DNA of 58,724 nt, filler included, from Bipalium vagum (taxonomy: Eukaryota): the NCBI GenBank assembly GCA_037834085.1. It is 3 parts of 3 records of this genome, joined end to end, with 100 filler letters (N's around TTAATTAATTAA, not from the genome) between each part and the next. Parts side by side here need not be neighbours in the genome. Positions count along the whole stretch, not along the records: positions 1 to 21,573 come from JBBMKC010235374.1; positions 21,674 to 40,565 come from JBBMKC010016264.1; 1 more part is not named here. One strand, 5' to 3'. Positions 14,367-26,290 of the stretch are shown here, piece after piece. The notes under the pieces are model-generated. The model ran no database searches. It was not told the origin of the DNA and saw only the letters and a program-made list of their open reading frames with translations. The position numbers and the translations under genes are program-made. The stretch's first letter is position 1. Each line of letters opens with the position of its first letter.

Positions 14367-14461
14367 GTCAGTCACTTTTTGTTAATTAACATATTTCTTT
14401 TATAATATATTTCTTTATAAATAACCTACACTAATATATTTATTTATATTTTATTATTTAG

Positions 14462-15002
14462 ATGTATCGAAAATGGTGATGGTTATAAGTGTGTCTGTCC
14501 TGAAGGTTTATCTGGTTCACAGTGTCAATGGGGAAAAGCTTGTTCATCATTACTTAATCCATGCCCAAAATTTTCTACATGTTTAGAACAGCAAATAACC
14601 ACACAATTTAGCAATGCTATTTGTCGTTGTCCTGTCAGTTTCCAGGGGTATTTATGTCAAGTGGATGTAGATGAATGTCAAATAAGACCACCTCTCTGTC
14701 AACAGGGTCGAGGAGTGTGTCACAATTATTTTGGTGGTTACCAGTGCAATTGTTCACTTGGTTATGGTGGTCGCCATTGTGAAACAAATTCACTTTTGAC
14801 CATACATCCCGATAATTCGAGCTTTGGTTTGAGTCAATATCATATTTATATGATTGTAGGAATACTGGCTTGCTTATTTGTTTTGGCTCTCTTAACAGTT
14901 GTAGTACTTGTTCTAAGAATGAAACCCATTAATGGATTAATTGGCCGAACCAAGAAAGATCGAAATACTGCAATGTCATTAGATCATTTGTGTCAATATA
15001 AG
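14462..15002 (+). CDS. fat1: Fat-like cadherin exon (EGF repeats, Ca-binding EGF, transmembrane helix)
   Basis: 95-bp intron. Frame open from CIENGDGYKCVCPEG through DVDEC and the TM IYMIVGILACLFVLALLTVVVLVL; donor gtaatg. Confidence 0.92.
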
Positions 15003-15899
15003 GTAATGTCTTTTCATTTCAATCAGCTTGCAAAGTTAGAAAAGTTGATAGTATAAATGATTTAAAGATAAATAATTCTCGAAAAACAAAGTGATTTATT
15101 TTAAATCAAAGATATTTTGTTGTCATTGATATGGGAAGTTTTAGCTCTTTAATTTGGCTCTGACTACGAATTTTTCCAAATATTATGAGTGATTATGCTC
15201 TTCCTGATTGAATATTTTTCTTTAATTCCACTGTGCCAAATGATAAAAAAGATACTTGTAATACTATTGATATTTATTATGAGGTTTTTAATAACGATTA
15301 CTCAATGTAATTAAAATTAATCAAATTTTGATGTTTTTCATTGATAAACTAGTGTAAATTGTATTACTGGTCATCCAGATAAAATCAGTGATTAAAAAAC
15401 ATTACAAAATCGAAATGGAAAAAATTCTAAATATCGAATAGTGCAGAACCGATTATCACAGATTTGAAAGAAATCCTTAATGTTTGTAAACTTTACCCAC
15501 CTGAAAGATTATCAGATGATTATTTTAAAAGATTTTTAATACATACGTAAGAATGTTTGGTGTTAGTGAGAGCGATATCTTAAGACAAAGATTTTTTTAC
15601 TAACTTTTATCTGAATGGCCATAAATTTTACTTGTTTAATCCACCACCTGATTTTCTGATATTAAAACAAATTTGGTTTCTCTGAAAGTATTAATTAATG
15701 ATTTTAATGATTATTTAATTTCATTTTAAAGCTTTAAACCTTAATTAGGTACATCTTCTTCTTGTCTTTTACTTCTTTTAACACACTTTAGACATTTCTT
15801 TATTTTTTAAATGTTTACTTTAAAATCTTCAATTAATGCACTAATTTTAAATTACATTTAAACTTTAAAATGTATATGAATATTGTTTTATATATTTCT

Positions 15900-17050
15900 G
15901 CATAACCCTGTATGAATAAACTTACATCGAATATTAAAAAATGAATTTCTTGAAAACATTAAACAGTTTTTTGCATGAATATTCTAAATTTTATTTCTTC
16001 TGTATTCACCAAACTCATTTAGCCTATCAATGATAATGAATGCGATATTGAAGAAATATTAAATTAACATTAATTAATTTCATTGTGTCCAAATTTAAAA
16101 GTATTATTTTGACAATATTTTGGAAAAGTAGTGCTTCGAAATCAGTTGATAAAGATTTTCTATTATTTAAAATAATTTATTTTGATATGAAAGTCTGATA
16201 TTGATTAAGAATTTTCTCTATTATTGATTTTAATTATAAACTTCGAATTTGTTACAATTTAATTAATCTTCGTTGAGTTTTAAAAAGATAATTTCTGTAT
16301 ACATACTTCAATGGCATTGACAAAATTCATTAAGTTTTATATAAATCTGCTTGTGTCATTAATAATAATATTACTCCACATTTTGAGAAATTTATGAATT
16401 CTATCAAAGAAAAATTGATTTCCTTTAGAGATACCAATCATCAAGATGTTTATAAATATCACAAAATCCAAAATCTGAGCTCCACAGACTCTATGCTATC
16501 AACTGAAACACTTCATAATCCGTTGCATTAAATTTTTAAGTACTTTAGTTCCGGTAATATCGCAGTTCTTAATATATCTGTAATAGGTCTTGCCACCTTA
16601 TCATTTACCAATATCAATTTCTTATTCCTGATAACTTATTTTGTTATTTAAATATTCATGATTAAAATGGATTAATTGATGTTTATAACTATTGCCTTTA
16701 ATTGTTTCTCTGATTATGATAGTGCATGGTATAAAATGCATTTTTTGTCGCATCAGACAAAGATGAATTTTTTGTACTGATCTGGATCAAACCATGATTG
16801 CACTTACCCAGACAAATTAACTTTTCATCTCCATTGAATAAACAAAGCAATAAAAGATCTTATTTCTTTTAGTCAAATATTTCCAACTCTGTTACTTTTT
16901 TGTGAATTCATAATTTATTTCCTTTTCTTTTTTTCAACCTTTCCCATATCATGAAAAGCTGTTTGATATTGATTACTGAGTTATGTTCACTGAAACGGCC
17001 AATTGTTTCTGCGTTTGTACATTATCCTATTTCCAAAATATTTTTCAAAT
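15900..17050 (-). mobile_element. Possible highly degenerate hAT transposase relic
   Basis: Minus-strand fragments resembling NxSGKCNG...HFIPC and a C-terminal dimerisation-like stretch; many stops. Confidence 0.35.
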
Positions 17051-17213
17051 ATTTTTATGGTTTTCAATGCTTGTTTTTCACAAAAACATCCCGTTTTTGA
17101 ATCACTAAAATCATTCTGCGAATATGCTTTAAGGTAGAAAAGTGCTACCATAATCATCATCTAACAATAATATATGTGTATCTACAGTAAACTCAGGGAT
17201 CATAAATACTATT

Positions 17214-17540
17214 ATGTTTTTAAAGAAAACAAGCAGAAATATGGTTAGTCTTGGTTGGAGATGTTATAATAAGAATTGTAAAAAATATAAATTTATTACT
17301 TACATTGAGAACAAAATTAAATTATCAATATTGCCGATAATTCAAAGAATTTTCCGACAAGGAAGTATTATTCATACTGATGAAGTATATGTTTATAAAT
17401 GCCTTGTTAAAGAGAAAAGCTATGAGCATAAACAGGTCTGTCACAAGTATGAGTTTGTGGATTATAATGAAAACGTGCATACTCAAAACATGGAAAGTTA
17501 CAACAACAAAGTTAAGGAACGCCTAAAAATAAGATCGTGA
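17214..17540 (+). mobile_element. Merlin (IS1595/ISXO2-like) transposase, internally deleted
   Basis: GWRCYNKNC zinc-ribbon part joined to LPIIQRIFRQGSIIHTDE...YEHKQVCH...FVD...VHTQNMESY. Confidence 0.85.
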
Positions 17541-18755
17541 AAATGTTATGCTAGAATTTATGTGACTAGAAAACGAGCGCGAAAATTGTTTGGAAAAACA
17601 TTAGATTTACTAAAATTAAATTTTTTATTCATTTGTTACTATTGAATAATTACTTGTTATTTCTTATTGTGACGGTTAATTAATTTTTGTTGATAAATTA
17701 AAAGTAATAAATAAAAATTGGTCAATAAAAAATTATGAGGTCATAAATGGTCAATTAAAAATGATGGTCCAATTTTTTATTGAAATTAATAAGTAACAAA
17801 TTTTATTAAATTTATATTTTTCTTTATGGTAACAAAATTACTTTTGTATTTTCCCTTTTTCAGAAAGAGTCTTTGATTATTTTTATTAAATTATTTAATA
17901 TTTATTATTACGTTAATTATAATGTTATATATTAGGTTAAAGAATTTTTTATTCAAAGTTAATACATATTTCTTTAATAATTTCGTATGTTTCCCAAATA
18001 ATTTGTAATGAAAAAATTTTGAGATTGTTCAAGTTTTATAGATTATTGTTATGCTATCATTTGGGCCCCTTTTACTTTTGCATTATACTATCACTTGTGT
18101 TTATCGAATGTTGGTTATTAATATTTTGACATGTATTTGATTTTATGTTCAAAACCAACCTGACCCAAAAAGCTTTTTAAGTTCCATAAATATTAGAGTC
18201 CAATTCTGTTGAAGTCACTCTTTCTCTGGTTTTGATCTTCTCCCAATTCATTTGTCAGTTAATTTTAAAAAAAATAAAATATCTTAAAAATCTCAAAACC
18301 TCTTTATTTCAGTAATTGCACAATCTCTTAACTGACTAAATATTTTAATTACAATTTATTGCCTATGTCAACTATGTATAAATATTTATAAATTCGGATC
18401 ATAAATTGGCCCAATATTTTCCCCCTCATGATCGTGAATTGTATAATAAAAGATTGAAAAATAAATCATTAAAAATCCAATTTATCCTCAGTTACAAGGT
18501 TTTGGCGATTTATCCAATATATATTCACTGGTCAGTGTTTTAATATACTCACTGTTTGTTATGTACTTTAACATACCATCATTTCGTATATTTTTGTAAA
18601 TAAAATGTCGACAATAGTTAATTTTTTTCAAAAAATTTATTATAAAAAATATTAATCTAATTTTTTTCATGCTCGTTTATAGTTTAACAATTTCTTAATT
18701 TAAACACCAAATTTAATAATACCTCTTTCAGCGTACAACTTGTTTTGATACTTAA

Positions 18756-18960
18756 CCTCTACAGAGTTCATTAAAAAATTATGCACATAATATTTTAAGT
18801 GTTTTAACACTATTAGAAATAATTTACTCTATCGCCATCTGACTGTGCATAAATTAAAAATTAATATATATGTTTATATTTTCATACATGTGTATCCTTT
18901 TCACCAATAATTAGTAAAAAGATATCTTTATCAGTGAACATTAAATAAGGTCTGAAGGGA
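18756..18960. mobile_element. piggyBac-type MITE, copy 1
   Basis: Flanked by TTAA on both sides, starts with CC, short imperfect TIR, homologous to 19555-19748. Confidence 0.6.
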
Positions 18961-19554
18961 TTAATTTTTTTCTTTAAGCAAACATTGTAGAAAATGTATT
19001 CTTATATAAATTTTCCCTTTAAAACCCCCAAGAGTATCCAGAACTATATCAGACAATAGTTGACATTTGTATATCAATTCATCGATTAGAAGACATGCTC
19101 ATTGTTTAAACTGCTTAAGGTCTGAGACTATTTTAAGTCGTAAGGCGTTATATATCTTAACGTATAATTTACAATTAACCATACTACTGCACCAAACTTT
19201 AAAAACACAAATTCTTTCTTTAGGATTAGAAAAGTAATAACTCCAATTGTGTTTTACCTAGTTTATTTTGACTATGTAATTGTATTTTCGAATTATGACA
19301 CTTTCTTTAAGACATTATAGATTTTGATATTTTTCAAGTTGAAGAAAGATGTTAGATTGCTTAAACATTTCTTAAAGACCTTAAATGAAAATGAATTCTT
19401 TTCTTTTAAGGGATATATCAATAACTTATCAATTTAGAATTTTCTGTGTTCATTTAGAAATGAAAGTGTGTTGATATTGCATAATATACAACGTGTATCA
19501 CCAAAACCAATCAAAGAACAAGCATAAGATAAAATCGAAATATTTTAAAATTAA

Positions 19555-19748
19555 CCAATACAGATCCCATGTGCAGAATTATGCACACAATGCTTTAAGT
19601 CTTATAACACTGTTATTTGAAATAATTTACTCTATCGCAGTCTGTATGACCATAAATCAAAATTTAATACATATATTCGTATGTTTATAATGTCCTTACA
19701 AATAATAAGTAAAAAAAATTTCTCAACAATAACTCAGGTCTGTGAAGG
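19555..19748. mobile_element. piggyBac-type MITE, copy 2
   Basis: TTAA|CCAATACAGATC...GGTCTGTGAAGG|TTAA. Shares the core aattatgcac...gaaataatttactctatcgc with copy 1. Confidence 0.6.
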
Positions 19749-20149
19749 TTAAATATATTGAATACAGATTATAAATTAATATTAAATATTTTTAACATTT
19801 TTCAATAATACATTGATTTATTGATATTACCAATGGATTGAAATAACGTAAAAAAAGAAATAACAGAAATTTTCAGTTAATACAAAATATTGATATTAAA
19901 AAATATATTTTAATGAAAATCATTTTAAAAAAAAAGAAACAATAATGTTTTTTAAAAATTTGAAAGCATAAATAAATGATCTTTTCCTTTAACTTAAAAT
20001 TAAGAATCTCTATTGAATGTTTCGATATTTATTTAGGTTGATCTCATAAAATTATCTTTAATATTTTTTATTATTTAAGAATGATAAGAAAGAATCGTAG
20101 AAAAAAATCAAATTCGATAAGAAAATAAACGATTTTCCGATTTTTTCAG

Positions 20150-20669
20150 GTATATTCGAGTGATCAATGTTCTCGCTATTCTCCAGCTTCTTCAATGATG
20201 GCTTCCAGTATTCATCATCCTCCTGGGTATTTTGGAGGATTCATGGTTGAACCCCCATCAACACCCGGTGGAAGAAGTCAAATGAGTTTCCACCAGGCTC
20301 CACCGTCACATTATGGACATTTGTCCCAAGATGCAATAGACAGAGTGTCTATTTGTAGTGGTTCTACAAATGATAAACGAGATCAAACTGGCTTAGGTCC
20401 AGTTTCAATTAATCATAATAATAGATATATAAGATCAAATAGAGGACAAATGTATCTTAATCCTCTAGAAACTCGACAGAGAGCATCTCAACATTCATCT
20501 ACATTCTCTTTGGTACCTTGCAATGTTGGACCTCAGCAACATCTGCATTTAGTTCCTAATAAAAATTCGGTTTTATTTTGTCCAACAGCTAATCATACCA
20601 GAATGGTTTTTGATCCTTTACATGTTCGTAGCAGTAATCTATCATTACACAGTTCACATGCTACATCTG
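20150..20669 (+). CDS. fat1: Fat-like cadherin exon (cytoplasmic tail)
   Basis: ttttttcag acceptor in phase 0, matching the TM exon. S/P/H-rich open frame; donor gtaatg. Confidence 0.8.
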
Positions 20670-20713
20670 GTAATGAGTTTTGTTTCCAAGTTTCTCTGAT
20701 TGATACTTTTCAG

Positions 20714-20892
20714 CACAATGGGAGCCCAGTGACAATCGGTTAGATGAATCTGCAATCAGCATACTTCAGTCCACATGTTCAAACTTAAACCAGTCACATC
20801 CCAGTCATGACATTACTCCTGTAAATGGAGAAATAGATCATTCCATGATAAGTTGGAATGGTCAGTTTTTAGAAGATGGAATGTATCATAGA
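20714..20892 (+). CDS. fat1: Fat-like cadherin exon (cytoplasmic tail)
   Basis: 44-bp intron, phase 1. Open frame AQWEPSDNRLDE...EDGMYHR; probable donor gttagt. Further exons not found. Confidence 0.72.
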
Positions 20893-21573
20893 GTTAGTAT
20901 TTTTTTAATAAAGTTTTTCTTCGTTGCAATTTAAAATTTACTTTTGTTAAATCTTATTAATTGTAAATTGAAATCAATTAATTAATTGACTAAAGTTTTA
21001 GCACATCAACCTCAAAATTCTAATATTTAGAGTTTACACAATCCATTTGTTTAAATTAATACTTTTTTGAACTGGAATCTCGACCACACAGAAAATATAA
21101 GTTTCGTTACGAGAAGAAAAGAAAGAAAGGACTCTTGATACTTTACTAAAACACACACAGGAGTTAATACATTTTCAGATCAATTTACTGGACGGAGGTC
21201 GCCAGAAGTAGGGCACTGGATCAAATCAATCGACGAATGGTTGGTGTGGTCGCCATGTTGGTTACTGCCACGTTATCGACAGTTTCAGAATTATTAAACT
21301 TAAGATTTTGTAACATTTTTATTCGTATAAAATAATTGTAGAGTTTTAATAAGTATCTTCTCTTTAACCTTTATTTAAACAAATTAATTATCTAACACTT
21401 TTATTAAAATTAATTTAATTATTTAATTTTTAAATAAAAGTTTTAAATTTATTAAAATTATTAAAGAAATTATTTTTCATTAAGGATTAAATTTTAATAT
21501 ACAGTCGGCGCTCAGTTATTTGAACTCGTGGGGATTTCAAAAAAGTTCAAATAACTCAATTATTGAAATAACT

Positions 21574-21673
21574 NNNNNNNNNNNNNNNNNNNNNNNNNNN
21601 NNNNNNNNNNNNNNNNNTTAATTAATTAANNNNNNNNNNNNNNNNNNNNNNNNNNNNNNNNNNNNNNNNNNNN
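21574..21673. other. Assembly spacer (N44-TTAATTAATTAA-N44)
   Basis: Exactly 100 bp with a six-frame stop linker; identical to 40566-40665. Confidence 0.97.
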
Positions 21674-22639
21674 TTTGATAAAATATTTTGAAAAATTCTG
21701 CTCGTTGTTGCATAGTATAATGATCCATATTTAATTTTCAAATATTTAGGTAGATTAGTGTTCAATATTAATTTATTTAAACAAAAAATATTATTTTATA
21801 TTTAAGACTTAGTATTTAATATGTTAAAAGTAGTAAAGCTTCTTTTGGAAGACCCTGTGCTTCATTATGCTAAAAACACAACTGAAAACCGAAGAGTCTA
21901 GCATACATAAATTTTTTTCAATTATTTTCTAATATTTCAAAAAGTATATATTATTAATTATTATAATTTTTATTCTTTATTTTTATTTTATTTTAAAAAG
22001 GTTTACTATAATTGCCACATGTATGAAGTTTCATTGCAATTGATTTGAATATGTTGATATAGCTGTTTTTTAGGGATAGCTTTAAAAATAAATATAATTT
22101 TAATTGACTTTCGTAAGCAAAGGAAATTAGCTCTATAATAATGCCAAATGTTTAACTTTCCCATTACACAGAAAATTCTCAATTAAAAAGTTATATTAAA
22201 AATATAATATATGAACTAAATAATAAAAGCAGCTTAAATATATAAAAATGGTTTTTTACTTTTAAATAATAACTCTCTTGAAGGCGGATGACAGAAATTT
22301 GAAGTGTCTTTATAGTAAAATGTGTCATTTTCGAATTTTCAGGCCATTATTTTTTGGGAGTCTAGGCCAAAACATGTTTTTCATACAAATTAAAATTTTC
22401 CTAAACCGTTTCTGCAACTTTCAGATCTCTCCTAAAATAAAAGAGCAATAGGTATATGTACCCTGTCTTATCGTTATAAGCTTAGTAAAATAAAAAATTT
22501 AATCTTCTGATAAAAAAGATTATTACACAATATAATAGATTAAAGAGAATTTTGTTTTCTTTTCATCTTTTTATTCATCAAAATAATTCTCATCTTCACT
22601 ACCAAAAGTTTTCTTTACACAAGAAGATATCAACTAATT

Positions 22640-23400
22640 TTTCTGTAATTTCTTTATTTCATCATCGGTGTTTTCATCGAATTCCTCAGCAGAGTCATTA
22701 AATTCATAATAAAAATTAATAAAACTTTCAGTTGCATCATAAAAGTTAATTGAAGTTTTATTTAACCCATTTTTTATTCCACACCGTGAGACATTTTTTC
22801 AGAATTGTGATATCCATTGGTATATTTCTTAATAGAAAATTAAGTTATCATTTTTGTAAATAAATTATAACTATTTGTCATCCGATTTTTTCATTTACGA
22901 CGAAGATTGACACTCATATTTAACACTTACAACTTTTTTGTTAGTCCACCGGGTATCATTGCAATAAAAATTCCAGAAGCCTTGAAATTTGATTTTAGTT
23001 CATCTATAGGATGACTAGGTACAGAGTCAATCACTAGGAATGATTTTTATAAATATATATATTTACGTTTCATCCATACTTTCTGGTGCCATAAAATAGT
23101 TTAGTTGCAGTCATGCATGATTTTTCATTTACAAAGACTATATATGACTATATATTACAAAAAATATATATGAAGGAAAACAACCTATTTGAACTACTTT
23201 ACGTAGAAATATAATGTAAGCAGGACGTTTCCCACCATTCGATTGGATTTTTTTCACCGTTTGATAAGGTTTATATGTACTGTGAAATGATGATTTTGGT
23301 GTTGGTTGAGCATATTGAACTGCATCTAACTTAAATTTCAATTTATGGGTATTTCTTTTATTTCCTAAAATTTTATATTCAAATTTTCGCTATAACTATT
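22640..23400 (-). mobile_element. Degenerate pogo/Tc2 (DDE_1) transposase
   Basis: KFKLDAVQYA (Brinker-type DBD), NGGKRPAYIIF, SFLVIDSVPSH, IAMIPGGLTKKL*VLNMSVN. Confidence 0.8.
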
Positions 23401-24349
23401 ATTTTAACTAATACTTATTTTTAAAGTTTGAGCAATTATTAGTAGGTTATTAAAATCACAAAAAACATTTTAGTCTGAAAACACACTACTAAGCTAAAAA
23501 ACAGAGCAATGGTATTTTTTATCCATTTTTTGATGTCGAAGCTGTCAAATTTAAATAAAACTAAATTTTGTACAACAGAAAATGGTCTTTCAAATAATTA
23601 CATTTCGTATTAAGTACATATGATACCGTTATCCTAAACAATGAAATAAAATCACAATAAATTATTTTACAACCTAATATAATATGTAGATTTAATAATG
23701 CCACATCTTCCAAAATTTATAGTAAATAATGACTGATATTAAATAAATTTTCGTTGAAATATGGCTTGCTAGGACGGAATAGACTATAAAATGGGGATGA
23801 GTATGATTAGAAATCAAATTCAGAATCATTTTCCAAATTTAATTTAAACAAATATTAAAATTTTTAAAAGACTGTTATTACTACTAAGTAAAATTAGTAC
23901 TTTTTTTGTGCAATATAAGTTTTATATTGGACTCCTTGAAAAATAAAAATCTTATTTAAAATCAAATTTTGATCTAGTTACTTTTTAATCCTAAAAATGA
24001 CAAATAAATTGATGATAAAATAAATAAAAAATTTTAATGTATAGCATTACAGTGCTATTCAAAACCATAACATGTATTACTTCATTAAGAAATTATGAAA
24101 AATAAACATAAATTATTTATTATATAAATGGCTATTTTCTCTTAGCTTTTTCTAACCATTGTCATATATATATAACAAATAGCACAACTATCGCTTAATT
24201 CATTATCAGTTTACAATATTTCCTCAAAAGTACTTGTCACAAGTTACTGTCCTCATACTTTTAAATCTTGCTTTATCATAGAAAAGCACTCCCTTGGAAT
24301 AACTTTTCAAATATCAAGACTAAAATAAATTTAAATTCACATAAATAAT

Positions 24350-25033
24350 TAATTGCAGATCAACTTTTATATATTAATATTAAATATTAAAAATAATGTT
24401 AATAAATGTTGATTTATTCTGTTCTCTCACATTGATGTCCTGTAAAAATTATTTCAAATCGAGTCAGTAATTGTGAAAAATTTATAAATGACTCTGATTT
24501 AAATAATACAAAATTTCCTTTAAAAGGATATAAAATGTTTAATTAACAAAATAATATTTCTATAATTTTTTTAAAAATTGGTGATAATAAAAGATTATTG
24601 TCAATTTATTCAGAAAAATTTAATTCTTTTGAAAATTCAGCTTCACAAATTGTTCCTATTATCATTGAAAGATATTTAAAAATCGAATTTGTATTAATAT
24701 TCATATAAAATTCAATTTTTTAAGATTCTAGAGTTATATCATATTTAAATTTATTGTCGACTGATTTAGATATTTCATTTAGTTCAATACATACCTTTTT
24801 TGGTTTATTGTTTGAATCTATAGTTTTTATGATAACTTATTATTTTCTTTAATATTAAAAATAGAACTTAACTAAGAAGAATGTATTAAACCTAGCTCAT
24901 AATTATAATATGAATCCAATATTAATGTAATTTTCAATTTGAAAATAATATCTGATTTTTTAGTTTTCATAATAAAAGATGTTAAATATTTTTTGGATAG
25001 AATATTTAATAATTTTGGTAATAATACTTCCAT
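24350..25033 (-). pseudogene. Possible Polinton/Maverick minor capsid (penton)-like remnant
   Basis: TSFIMKTKKSDIIFKLKITLILDSYYNYELGLI...SSIFNIKENNK...IELNEISK resembles the penton N-terminus as I recall it; stops and frameshifts present. Confidence 0.45.
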
Positions 25034-26185
25034 TTTTATAATTTAAAATTTATAAATATATTAAATTGATTAATCTTTTAGATAATATCTGTTTTCTTTA
25101 AATAGATTAAAAATTGTAAATAATATGTATTGACTAAAAAAATTAATATTTTTTATCTTGTTGATTAAAATTTTTTATGATTTTGATATTTTTTAATTAT
25201 TTTAAATTTTTTTATAGATCATACATTTTTAAGTATTTTTTGTTTAAAATGTTCAAATTTTAATTGTAGAAAGATTGAAAAATTGAAAAATACAATTTTC
25301 AAGGTTTCGATTGTGTTGATTTTATTAGATAGTTTTGACACTAAGATTTTCGATTCCTTGAATGTCATCGAGGTGACTTCTCTAATAAGATTACGGATTT
25401 CTATCAGAGAAATACCAGACTGATGATGAAAAGTAATTAAAAAGAATAGAGAATTTTTGTTAAATACAAATGTTAAAAACTATTAGACTTTTTCTTAGAT
25501 TTTCTTGATCAAAATCCATGTGACTTTCCGATTGACATAGTAAATATTATCTGTTTCGAATTAAAACGAAAAAATGTATATCAAACACACAAGCATTAAT
25601 TAAAAATTATATATTCCTAATAAACTTTTAAATATCGATAAATATATTTTATTTATGTTGTCGCCTGTTCTTTTAATATAAATCAATATTTTATTTCTCA
25701 TTAATTAACTATCATTTTATTTTGTAAATATTTTAAAAAGAATACAAAACATTGAATGTCAAATATTCAAAAATATATCTAAACATGTTACTAAATATTC
25801 AAATACTTAAGTATATATTTTTAATAATATTTCTTTAACTGCGTTAGAAGAAAGTATTTTGAAAGATTCTTATTAAATGATATTAATGCATCACCAGAAT
25901 AAGAATTGAGAAGAAAATTTTTATACTTGAGAATGTGAATGCAAGATAGTATTTATATATTTTTGTATATGGATTTTGTCTGAAAAATAATAATTATGAA
26001 TATAATTTTAAAAAATTACTGAAATAGAAATAGATAAAAAAATTATGAAATGATAATATTATTAATTATATTTTTTAAAATCACTCAGTAGATATTGTAG
26101 AAGATTCTTATTTAATTTCATTATTCACATGCATTAGTTAATGCTCATAGTGATTAATAGTAACTGTTTCTACTAGTTTCAGTAA

Positions 26186-26290
26186 TTTATCATAGAGAAT
26201 ATTTTTATGATCCAACCACATCGAACAAATAAAATGAGTTTTTTGATTAAATATGTTGGGTTTGGCCAAAGGCACGAATCATATATTTAG
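26186..26290 (+). pseudogene. Chromodomain-like fragment (probably TE integrase-associated)
   Basis: FIIENIFMIQPHRTNKMSFLIKYVGFGQRHESYI* fits the chromo consensus YxVExI...YLVKWxGF...NSW. Confidence 0.5.

Noticed and set aside
21618-21629. TTAATTAATTAA as a biological motif or piggyBac site
   Set aside because: Embedded symmetrically in Ns; it is an assembly linker.
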